A stretch of DNA of 28,763 nt from an uncultured Phycisphaeraceae bacterium (GTDB lineage Bacteria; Planctomycetota; Phycisphaerae; Phycisphaerales; Phycisphaeraceae), in assembly GCA_964628335.1 (NCBI GenBank), contig CAZVNU010000001.1:1-28763 (forward strand), written 5' to 3'. Each line of letters begins with the position of its first letter. Positions within the stretch are counted from its first letter, which is position 1. The notes under the pieces were generated by a model that searched no databases, was not told the origin of the DNA, and worked only from the letters and a program-made list of their open reading frames with translations. The translations under genes and the position numbers were made by a program. Positions 1 through 7,472 of the stretch are shown here, in pieces.

Positions 1-96
1 GCCCCGGGCGGCATTTGCGGGTGGGGACCCCCGCGCTCCATCACCCGCCAGCCCTGCGGGACACCCGTCCCGCTTGAATCCAGCCTTCCCCATCTG

Positions 97-819
97 TCAC
101 CCCCGGCCCCGCAACTGCTTCATCACCGTTTCGCGCTCTTCGATAGCCTGTTTGAGACGGCGGCCGGCGGCCAAGAACGGGTCCGCGCTTGCGGGCAATC
201 CATCCACCGCAGCGCTCAATTCCGCCAGCCGGGTTTGCACCACGCCGTCTTGGGCTTCGCCGCCGGGGAAGGATTCGTCGGTGGCGTATTTCAGGGCTTC
301 TTCGAGTTGGGTGAATTCGGCTTGGATGTCCGGAGCGGCGTCGGCGGGCGCCTCCATCGCGATGCGGCGCCATTCGGCGCGCATGTGCGCCATCGGCCGT
401 TGGCGGGCGTCCATCGCTTCCCACGACGCCTTGGCCGCGCCGCGCCCCAGGATGAAGATGAACGACAGGGTGAGGAAGCCGGCGGCGGCCAGCAGGTGCA
501 GCACGCCCAGGGTGTTGATGGAAATATCCAACAACCCGATCAGAACAATGGCGAAGGTGGCCAGCAGATACAAGCCTGCAATGCCGGCAAAGCCAAAGTC
601 CACGGCGATCATGCGGCTTTGCTTGCGCCAGCCCATGAACAGCCACGACGCGCCGATGAAAACCTCCATCGCCACCACCGCGCCCAAATTGAGCCAGAAT
701 TTTTCACTCTGGCCGGACAGCCCCCACGCCAAATGCGCCACGCCGAAAGTGATGCCGAGCATGGCCAGCAGCCACACGAGAAGCAGAAGGGGGAAGGGGG
801 AGGCGGGTTTGGTGGACAT
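97..819 (-). CDS. Hypothetical membrane protein (about 4 N-terminal TM helices plus C-terminal helical domain)
   Basis: 240-aa ORF with several hydrophobic segments followed by a soluble helical tail; co-oriented downstream of the SPFH gene. Confidence 0.8.
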   Translation of the reverse strand: MSTKPASPFPLLLLVWLLAMLGITFGVAHLAWGLSGQSEKFWLNLGAVVAMEVFIGASWLFMGWRKQSRMIAVDFGFAGIAGLYLLATFAIVLIGLLDISINTLGVLHLLAAAGFLTLSFIFILGRGAAKASWEAMDARQRPMAHMRAEWRRIAMEAPADAAPDIQAEFTQLEEALKYATDESFPGGEAQDGVVQTRLAELSAAVDGLPASADPFLAAGRRLKQAIEERETVMKQLRGRG

Positions 820-868
820 GGAATGGATTGATAAAAGAGGCGACGGGTTGGAAAGCCATGCGTGCGTT

Positions 869-950
869 CACCGCGAAGCGGTGCTTGTCCCTGGCCAGGG
901 GTGAAACCCCTGGAAAACAAGCCCCAGTGCCCGCCACCCCGAAGGGGTGG
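869..950. repeat. Three GAA-triloop hairpins (REP-like intergenic element)
   Basis: CACCGC-GAA-GCGGTG (869-883), CCAGGGGT-GAA-ACCCCTGG (895-913), CCACCCC-GAA-GGGGTGG (934-950). Confidence 0.6.
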
Positions 951-971
951 AGGAAGACCCCATCCGTCCGC

Positions 972-2189
972 CTAAGCCTTGGTGCCGCAGGTCATGCAAA
1001 AAGCCGCGCCGGGCGGCAGCACTTCGCTGCACTTGGCGCATTTCTTCTGGGTGGGGGTCCCGCAGTGGGGGCAGAAAGCGCAAGTGGAAGGCACCTCTTT
1101 CTTGCAGCCGGGGCAAGGCACCGGCATCCCTGCACCGCATTTCACGCACTTGCTGGCGCCATCGGGGTTGTCCGCGGCGCACGCCGGGCAGCGATTGACG
1201 AAATCACCGCACTTGGCGCAAAACTTGGCGTCGGGCAGCAGGGGATTGCCGCATTTGTCGCAAGGATGGGTTGGGGCCGTCGGCGTGGCGGGGACGGGGG
1301 CGGGCGCGGCCTGCGGATTCACATGCACGGCCGAGTGCCCCATGGCTGCGCCCATGGTGGCGCCCATGCCTAGCCCCATGCCGGCGCCCATCATGGGAGC
1401 CATGGCCATGCCGGCACCTTCATTGCCTGCCGCCGTCTGCATGACTTTGAAGGATTCCTGCTGCTGGTAATTGGTGCCCAGGATGTCCAACTCCGCCTTG
1501 CGGGCAAGCGCGTCCTTCAACTTCTTGACCGAGGAATCATCCTCCGGCGTGTTGATGGACATCACCGTGAACTTGACGAAGCCCAGGCCGAATTCCTCGA
1601 ATTCCGCGACCAATTGCGCCTGCAAATCCGCGCCGATGGCGGTCAAGTGGGCGGAGATTTCCAGCAGGGAAATCTTGTCGTTGACGATGCGCTTGGCGAC
1701 CACATCCTTGATCCGCGAGAGCAGGATGCCCTTGAAATACTCCGACACCGTGGCGGAATCGAAGGACGGCAAAGTGCCGACGAGTTTCGTCAGGAACTTG
1801 CGCGTGTGGGTGACGGTGATGCCGAACTGGCCGAAAGCGCGCACGGGCAGGATGATGTTGTAGACCGGGTCCTTGACCATCATCGCGGTGGCGGTGCCCC
1901 ACTTCACATTGAGTTTGACGGCTTTGTTGACGAACCAGACTTGCGCCGTGAACGGCGATTTCCCGCCGAAAGGGAGGTTGAAGAAAGTGGCGAGGAAGGG
2001 GTAATTCTGGGTGTCCAGCGTGTGGCGGCCGGGGCCGAAGGGGCCAATCATCTTGCCTTGGTTGAGCAAGACCGCCTCCTGCGACTCGGAGACCAGGAGT
2101 TGGGTCCAGGTGGAGAGTTCGTTGGAGGGGTATTTTGCGGCGAAGAGATCCGCCGGGGCGTTCCATTTGCAGAGGTCAACGATGGGCAT
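972..2189 (-). CDS. SPFH (band 7, YdjI-like) domain protein with C-terminal double zinc ribbons
   Basis: N-terminal STWTQLLVSESQEAVLL...GPGRHTLDTQN SPFH-like region, Ala/Gly/Met-rich linker, and six CxxC...CxxC knuckle pairs (e.g. CDKC/CAKC, CPAC/CVKC, CPGC/CPHC). Confidence 0.88.
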   Translation of the reverse strand: MPIVDLCKWNAPADLFAAKYPSNELSTWTQLLVSESQEAVLLNQGKMIGPFGPGRHTLDTQNYPFLATFFNLPFGGKSPFTAQVWFVNKAVKLNVKWGTATAMMVKDPVYNIILPVRAFGQFGITVTHTRKFLTKLVGTLPSFDSATVSEYFKGILLSRIKDVVAKRIVNDKISLLEISAHLTAIGADLQAQLVAEFEEFGLGFVKFTVMSINTPEDDSSVKKLKDALARKAELDILGTNYQQQESFKVMQTAAGNEGAGMAMAPMMGAGMGLGMGATMGAAMGHSAVHVNPQAAPAPVPATPTAPTHPCDKCGNPLLPDAKFCAKCGDFVNRCPACAADNPDGASKCVKCGAGMPVPCPGCKKEVPSTCAFCPHCGTPTQKKCAKCSEVLPPGAAFCMTCGTKA

Positions 2190-2207
2190 GGTTTTTCCAG
2201 TAAAAAG

Positions 2208-2564
2208 TTAGAACCCACCGTCCTGCTGTTTGCGGGCTTCGGCAAGGTTTTTCTCAGCAACAGCAAGCAATTCACGGGGGATGCGGAGTTGCCTAGGGCG
2301 ATACCAAAAAAACCAAATCAACGCTATGGGCCAACAGGCAAAAAAAGACGCCCAAAGCGAACACCCTGGGGAGGCGTCTTTCTCCGCCTTTATGAGGGCC
2401 TCATTGCATCTCCTTACCTCTTCTTCAAGGCGTGCGATCTTTTGGTCCAATCTGCTCCCGGATGAGGGTGCAACGGCAGATGAACCTGATGAAATGGCGC
2501 TACCACATCCAGGACAAGATGTAGCTGAGGAGGGGATGGAGGTGGAACAAAATTCGCAAATCAT
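2208..2564 (-). CDS. Small zinc-ribbon / coiled-coil / TM protein
   Basis: N-terminal CEFC...CPGC, coiled coil, hydrophobic WASFFACWPIALIWFFWY; stop lies 19 bp upstream of the SPFH start on the same strand. Confidence 0.65.
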   Translation of the reverse strand: MICEFCSTSIPSSATSCPGCGSAISSGSSAVAPSSGSRLDQKIARLEEEVRRCNEALIKAEKDASPGCSLWASFFACWPIALIWFFWYRPRQLRIPRELLAVAEKNLAEARKQQDGGF

Positions 2565-2588
2565 GGCGATGAGGATGACAGGGCAGAA

Positions 2589-2873
2589 TCAAATTTCCTG
2601 AACATGTGTTGGAACTCTTTTTAATCCTGACGCAACAACACGAAATTGCTTGCTGCAACCAGGGCAAATCACTACTGAATAGGGCTGTCCTTGAATCCCA
2701 TCGGAGTACCCGACAAGCGGAATTTGGCGACCGCACGAGCACAGCCATGCTGCATTGTTTCCTGTTCGAGAGCAAGACACTGATGTGCCGTTGAGGAACC
2801 GAACCAAGATGGGATGTTGTTGTTGTGGCATGAAATCTTTCTTTGGATAACTGACTGCGCAACTGTTGGGCAA
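2589..2873 (-). CDS. Small putative zinc-binding protein
   Basis: WLCSCG and CPGC Cys pairs; co-oriented with the downstream cluster; true start may be the later MPQQQ. Confidence 0.5.
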   Translation of the reverse strand: MPNSCAVSYPKKDFMPQQQHPILVRFLNGTSVSCSRTGNNAAWLCSCGRQIPLVGYSDGIQGQPYSVVICPGCSKQFRVVASGLKRVPTHVQEI

Positions 2874-2934
2874 GAGGCCTTCCTACACCTATTCAGAATA
2901 CTCCTATTTGGCATAATCCGCAACCTGCGCCATC

Positions 2935-3360
2935 GTGCCGCGCATGCCGATTCCCGCCCTGCGCAGAAAACCCACCTCGCGCGACAGCGGCCTGCACCGC
3001 CAAGTCAACGCGAAGTTGCCGGGGTTCCTGCGGGAGATGCGCAAGCGGGCGAATCTGTCCCAGGTGGAGTTGGCGGCCAAGATTCACCGCACCCAAAAGC
3101 ATGTGACCGACAACGAGCGCGGCCTGCGCCGCTGCTCGATCAGCGAGTTCCTCGAAATGGCCGACGCCTGCGCCTTGGACGTCGTCGCCACCTTCGCCGA
3201 ATTCGTCACCCTGACACGCGGCGGCAAACCCCTCGCGCAGCGCAAGAGCGCCATTCATCCAACTAACGATTTGCCGGTGTGGGCACTCAATGAAACGGTG
3301 GATTCGGCGAAGGCTGCAAAAGCCGTGGCCAAGTCTGCGCGCAAGCAGGTGAAAAAGTGA
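2935..3360 (+). CDS. XRE-family helix-turn-helix regulator
   Basis: LREMRKRANLSQVELAAKI...VTDNERGLRR is a typical HTH_3/XRE signature; start uncertain. Confidence 0.75.
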   Translation: MPRMPIPALRRKPTSRDSGLHRQVNAKLPGFLREMRKRANLSQVELAAKIHRTQKHVTDNERGLRRCSISEFLEMADACALDVVATFAEFVTLTRGGKPLAQRKSAIHPTNDLPVWALNETVDSAKAAKAVAKSARKQVKK

Positions 3361-3390
3361 ATCGGGATGACTTGCGCTCCCGTCCAACCC

Positions 3391-3482
3391 GCTTGCGCCC
3401 GGGAACGCGGGACACCCGTCCCGCAAATTTGAGGAAGACTTGCTTTGAGCGGGACGGGTGTCCCGCGTTCCCGGGCGCAGGC
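3391..3482. repeat. 34-bp inverted repeat (REP-like family 2)
   Basis: 3391-3424 and 3449-3482 are reverse complements with one mismatch; GCGGGACACCCGTCCCGC is also found identically at 56-73. Confidence 0.8.
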
Positions 3483-3601
3483 GTCAACCCAGCCAAAACC
3501 TCCATGGCTGTACCATACCCCCCTTCTTGCGCCGGTTCTCTCCGGCGTCCCGACCCTTGGTCGGTATTTTGCCGGTGTTTACCTTTACGATTGGATTTCC
3601 C

Positions 3602-4972
3602 ATGGCGTTTTCTGCTTTCAATTTTCATCCCAGCCTTGTCAAGGGCATCAAAGACTTGGGCTATGTCAAGCCGTCACCGATCCAGGCGGAATCGATTCCG
3701 CATGCGATGGCGGGCAAAGACTTGCTGGCCTGCGCTTCAACCGGCAGCGGCAAGACGGCGGCATTCTTGCTGCCGATCATGCACCAGTTGCTGGGCAAGC
3801 CGCGCGGAATCACCCGCTGCTTGATTTTGACCCCCACCCGCGAACTGGCGGCGCAGATCGTGGCCGATTTCGACAACCTGGGTGCACACACAGGCCTTTC
3901 TGCGGCCGCTGTTTATGGCGGCGTTGGCCCCAACCCGCAGGAGCATGCCTTCCGCAAGGGGGTGGACATGATCGTGGCCTGCCCCGGCCGCTTGATGGAT
4001 CACATGCGCCAACCCTACGCCAAGATGGCCGGGCTGGAGTTCCTGGTGTTCGACGAAGCCGACCGCATGTTCGACATGGGCTTTTTGCCGGATGTGAAGC
4101 GGATTCTGGGCATGCTGCCCAAAACCAAGCGCCAAACGCTGTTCTTCAGCGCCACCATGCCGCCGGCCATCGCCGCGCTGACCCGCGAGGTGCTCAAGAG
4201 TCCGGTGCAGATCAATGTGGAGCGCACCGCAGCGCCGGCCAGCGGCATCACCCAGGCGGTGTACCCGGTGTCACAGGATCTCAAGCCCAACCTGCTGCTG
4301 CACCTGATCCAAAAAGGTCTGATGCAGGAGGCGATCGTCTTCACCCGCACCAAGCACCGCGCCGACCGGGTGGCCAAATTCCTGGTGCAAAACAAGGTGG
4401 AAGCCGAACGCATCCATGGCAATCGATCACAAGCACAGCGCACACAAGCACTTGCAGGATTCAAATCAGGCAAATACCAGATTTTGGTGGCCACCGACAT
4501 CGCCGCGCGCGGCATTGATGTCAAGGAGTTGGGCCATGTGATCAACTTTGATGTGCCCAATGTGCCGGAGGATTACATCCACCGCGTCGGCCGCACCGCG
4601 CGCGCCGAAAAGACCGGCGAGGCTTTCACCTTTGTGTCCCCCGACGAAGGTGGCGACCTGCGCGCCATCGAGCGGGCGATCAAGAAGCAATTGCCGGTCA
4701 TCACGCTGCCGGATTTCGATTACAAGGCCAAAAGCGACCAGATTGAGATTCCGTTGGCTGACCGCATCGCCCAAATCCGCGCCCGCAAGGCCGATGACCG
4801 GGCCCGCGCCAAAATCAATGCGGCAAAGAAGGCCAAAAATCAGGCAGGCCCGCAAGGTGCCACCCGCGCTTCGGGCAGTGGCGGCGGGGTCAAACGCCCG
4901 GCCAGCGGTGGCGAAGCGCGCTTCCCACAGTCAAACACCGGCAATCGGGGGCAAGGCGGCCCGCGCCAATAA
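3602..4972 (+). CDS. DEAD-box ATP-dependent RNA helicase (RhlE-like)
   Basis: Q motif, STGSGKT, PTRELA, DEAD, SAT, ARGID and HRVGRT motifs; homology-consistent start MAFSAFNF at 3602 rather than 3458. Confidence 0.95.
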   Translation: MAFSAFNFHPSLVKGIKDLGYVKPSPIQAESIPHAMAGKDLLACASTGSGKTAAFLLPIMHQLLGKPRGITRCLILTPTRELAAQIVADFDNLGAHTGLSAAAVYGGVGPNPQEHAFRKGVDMIVACPGRLMDHMRQPYAKMAGLEFLVFDEADRMFDMGFLPDVKRILGMLPKTKRQTLFFSATMPPAIAALTREVLKSPVQINVERTAAPASGITQAVYPVSQDLKPNLLLHLIQKGLMQEAIVFTRTKHRADRVAKFLVQNKVEAERIHGNRSQAQRTQALAGFKSGKYQILVATDIAARGIDVKELGHVINFDVPNVPEDYIHRVGRTARAEKTGEAFTFVSPDEGGDLRAIERAIKKQLPVITLPDFDYKAKSDQIEIPLADRIAQIRARKADDRARAKINAAKKAKNQAGPQGATRASGSGGGVKRPASGGEARFPQSNTGNRGQGGPRQ

Positions 4973-4988
4973 GGTTCCACGGGGAACA
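4973..4988. other. parS-like centromere site 1
   Basis: GGTTCCACGGGGAACA, close to the bacterial parS palindrome TGTTCCACGTGGAACA; starts immediately after the helicase stop codon. Confidence 0.7.
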
Positions 4989-4990
4989 CT

Positions 4991-5183
4991 GGGAGGGCGG
5001 ACTTTAGTCTGCCATAAGAAAACACAGGCTCAATGCCTGTGTTTTCTTTGTGATTAACACAAACAGCAGGGCTGGCGGGTGTTGGAGCGCGGGTGTCCCG
5101 CCAGCCCTGCACAAACAGGCCGTCAATTAAAAATCGCGGCATTGAGCCGCGATTTTGTTTGGCAGACTGAAGTCCGCCTTCCC
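4991..5183. repeat. Inverted pair of family-1 REP units (REPIN-like) between convergent helicase and parB
   Basis: GGGAGGGCGGACTTTAGTCTGCC at 4991-5013 and an inverted copy at 5161-5183, each with a second hairpin; a family-2 hairpin (14-bp perfect stem, 5066-5079/5097-5110) lies between them. Confidence 0.85.
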
Positions 5184-5185
5184 AG

Positions 5186-5201
5186 TGTTCCCCGTGGAAC
5201 A
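5186..5201. other. parS-like centromere site 2
   Basis: TGTTCCCCGTGGAACA, one mismatch from the perfect parS palindrome; 7 bp beyond the parB stop. Confidence 0.8.
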
Positions 5202-5208
5202 TGGTTGC

Positions 5209-6285
5209 TCAGTCCACCACCACGCCCAAGCGTTCCAAGATGGCGTCAAATTCATCCAAACTATGGAACACGATGGACAGGGTGCCGGCGCCTTTCTTGC
5301 GGCCGGTCTTGATTTCAACCCGGGTCTTGAGCTGGGCGGCGATTTGTTTCTCCAAATCAGCCAGGTGCGAGCCACCGGCCAGGCCTTTGGCCACCGGGCC
5401 GGCCACCGCCGGGTTGGGCTTGGCCGGCTCTTGCAGGCGCTTGACCTCGGCTTCCATGCGGCGCACCGACCAACCTTCTTGAATGGCACGGGCGCCCACC
5501 GTCTTTTGAATGGCCACATCACTCAGGCCTGCCACCGCCTTGGCATGGCCCATGGACAGCAATCCGTCTTCGACCAATTTGCGGCAATCTGCGCCTAGCA
5601 ACAGCAACCGCAACAGGTTGGACACCGTGGCGCGGTCCAGGCCCACGCGCTCCCCGACTGCCTGATGAGTCAATTTGAAGTCTTTGGCCAGGCGTTCAAA
5701 GGCCTCGGCCTTTTCAATCGGGTTCAAATCTTCGCGTTGCAGGTTCTCGACCAAAGCCCATTCGGCGGACTGTTCGTCGGTCAGCACCTTGACCACCACT
5801 GGCACCACCGTGACGCCGGCCAATTGGGCGGCGCGCCAACGGCGCTCGCCGGCCACGATCTCATAAGGCTTGGCCTGGTCGGTGGTGGGGCGCACCACCA
5901 GCGGCTGCATCACGCCATCGCGCTTGATGGAGTCAGCCAAGGTTTGCAGGGCGGCATTGGCAAAGCGCTGGCGCGGCTGATGGCCATTGGGGCGCAATTG
6001 GTTCACCGGCAACTCGGTGATCGGCAATTCTACCGCCGGCTTGACCTCTGCCACCGGGTGGGTGGTGTTGTGGGCCACATCCACCACCACGCTGGCGGGT
6101 TTGGGCACCGGCACGGCGGGCGCTTTGACGGCCGCTTTGGCCGGTGGTGTTCCCCGTGGAACATCGACCTTGGGTGCAGGCGCCACCGGCGCGGCGGCGG
6201 GAATTTTGACGGGTTGCGGCTTGGGCAAGCCAATCAAGGCCGACAAGCCCTTGCCCAAACGCGGTTGATTTTTGACAGAAGCCAT
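5209..6285 (-). CDS. parB: Chromosome partitioning protein ParB (Spo0J)
   Basis: N-terminal RLGKGLSALI ParA-interaction motif, GERRWRAA CTP-binding box, ENLQREDLNPIE and HTH; start at 6285 with AAAGGA SD upstream. Confidence 0.95.
   Translation of the reverse strand: MASVKNQPRLGKGLSALIGLPKPQPVKIPAAAPVAPAPKVDVPRGTPPAKAAVKAPAVPVPKPASVVVDVAHNTTHPVAEVKPAVELPITELPVNQLRPNGHQPRQRFANAALQTLADSIKRDGVMQPLVVRPTTDQAKPYEIVAGERRWRAAQLAGVTVVPVVVKVLTDEQSAEWALVENLQREDLNPIEKAEAFERLAKDFKLTHQAVGERVGLDRATVSNLLRLLLLGADCRKLVEDGLLSMGHAKAVAGLSDVAIQKTVGARAIQEGWSVRRMEAEVKRLQEPAKPNPAVAGPVAKGLAGGSHLADLEKQIAAQLKTRVEIKTGRKKGAGTLSIVFHSLDEFDAILERLGVVVD
6148..6163. other. parS-like centromere site 3, inside the parB coding sequence
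   Basis: TGTTCCCCGTGGAACA identical to 5186-5201; translated as DVPRGT in the ParB linker. Confidence 0.8.
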
Positions 6286-6415
6286 GCGCAGTCCTTTCGT
6301 AAAAGTGAAGGCGGAAGGATACCACAGCATGAATCACATTCAATCGTCCGGGGAGAAATTTTACGCCCTTCAAATGTTCGTCTTTTATTCGTATTTTTCT
6401 TTTTCTACTTTTTCT

Positions 6416-6500
6416 CCACTGAACACCCACTTATTTCTCCACTTCCCACAAAATCCCTAGATTTTATTGCGAAGTGGGGCGAAGTGGGGTAATATCCCAC
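6416..6500. promoter_or_regulatory. MraZ-type GTGG boxes in the parB/mraZ divergent region
   Basis: GAAGTGGGG twice at 10-bp period (6471, 6481); CCACT on the + strand at 6416, 6427 and 6439; CCAC at 6446 and 6497. Confidence 0.65.
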
Positions 6501-6526
6501 GCGTCCCCATGAACGGCGTTCCCACC

Positions 6527-7003
6527 ATGATCTTCACCGGAACCTACGAGCACACGATTGACACCAAGGGTCGCCTGGCCATCCCGGCCGGCGTCCGCGG
6601 TCAAATCCAACGCGGCGCAGGACAGGTGGAGGGGCAGTCGGTTCCCCTGTTCGTGGTGCCCGGCGACGACGGTGCCCACCTGTGTTTCTACACGCAGGAG
6701 GTGTTCGAGAAGCGGGCCGCCGAGTTGGAGAACTCCGACATGGCGCCCGAAGAGTTGCTGGCTTACGAAGAAATCTTTCACGCCTCCACCCGCCAGGTGG
6801 AACTCGACACGCAAGGACGCGTGCAGGTGCCGAAAGATTTGTTGGAGCAGGTCGGCTTGGGCAACGAGGTAGTCATCCTGGGGGTGAAGGATCACCTCAA
6901 AGTGCGCGACCGCGAAGCGTGGGCACTCAAAAGGCAGGGCTTGTTCCAAAAGAACCCCGGCATCTTGATGAACCCGCGCATGGCCAAGCTGAAGAAGGAT
7001 TGA
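6527..7003 (+). CDS. mraZ: Transcriptional regulator MraZ
   Basis: FTGTYEHTIDTKGRLAIPA and VELDTQGRVQVP: two SpoVT/AbrB-like repeats with D-x-x-G-R motifs, then VILGVKDHLKV. Confidence 0.93.
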   Translation: MIFTGTYEHTIDTKGRLAIPAGVRGQIQRGAGQVEGQSVPLFVVPGDDGAHLCFYTQEVFEKRAAELENSDMAPEELLAYEEIFHASTRQVELDTQGRVQVPKDLLEQVGLGNEVVILGVKDHLKVRDREAWALKRQGLFQKNPGILMNPRMAKLKKD

Positions 7004-7019
7004 GTTTGAAAAATCAAAT

Positions 7020-7450
7020 CGATGCGCCGCAGGATGTGGCGCCTCAAGACATGGGGACGGAGTCCCCGACGGATTCGGCAAGGATGCCGGCGGGAAAGCA
7101 GGATGCTTCACCCGGGGTCAGGATGACCAAAAAACATTCCGCACGGATGCGGAAACCACAACGCGGCCCCGTTGCGAAACGGATGCCGCGCTGATGACGG
7201 TTGGCAGAGCGGCAGGATGCCGTTCGTTGGGGCAGGGGGTTCATCGCCATCGGATCAATCTTCAGGATGAAGACCGGTGGGTGTCGGGTGCAGCCGACGA
7301 ACCCTTTGACAGCGACTCTGCCGACTTGGATTTTCCCCTTTCGGGGGGGTGGGTGCATGGAAGCACCAGCCTTTGCGGTTATCCGCAGACAGCCCACACC
7401 CTTTCCGGAATCGGTCGTGGAAAAAACCCCGCAGGACGCGGGGTTTTTCG
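7020..7450 (+). ncRNA. Putative CsrB/RsmB-like CsrA-sequestering small RNA
   Basis: At least 13 GGA motifs including five exact CAGGATG (7030, 7099, 7119, 7213, 7263); 11 can sit in short hairpin loops; ends in an intrinsic terminator; no credible ORF. The 5' end is not defined by the sequence. Confidence 0.75.
7421..7450. terminator. Bidirectional intrinsic terminator
   Basis: AAAAAA-CCCCGC-AGGAC-GCGGGG-TTTTT between the putative sRNA and the convergent GH101-like gene. Confidence 0.85.
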
Positions 7451-7472
7451 CGCAATGAAACAGGGAAGAAGA

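Noticed and set aside
3458-3601. Upstream in-frame starts given by the ORF track for the helicase (also parB 6330, mraZ 6467, padR 8887, XRE 19588)
   Set aside because: The extensions run through repeats, promoters or operators; downstream starts match family N-termini and, where visible, SD or promoter positions.
4840-6233. ORFs starting MFHGEH (4840..5202, 6030..6233)
   Set aside because: The peptide is simply the translation of the parS palindrome.
7020-7450. CRISPR array or tandem repeat interpretation of the CAGGATG repeats
   Set aside because: The repeat is only 5-7 nt, spacing is irregular, and there are no constant-length repeats or spacers and no cas genes.
6682-7458. ORFs 6682..7194, 7044..7397, 7201..7458 and 7255..7479 over the putative sRNA
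   Set aside because: They overlap mraZ or each other and are low-complexity; recurring QD/RM dipeptides are by-products of CAGGATG.
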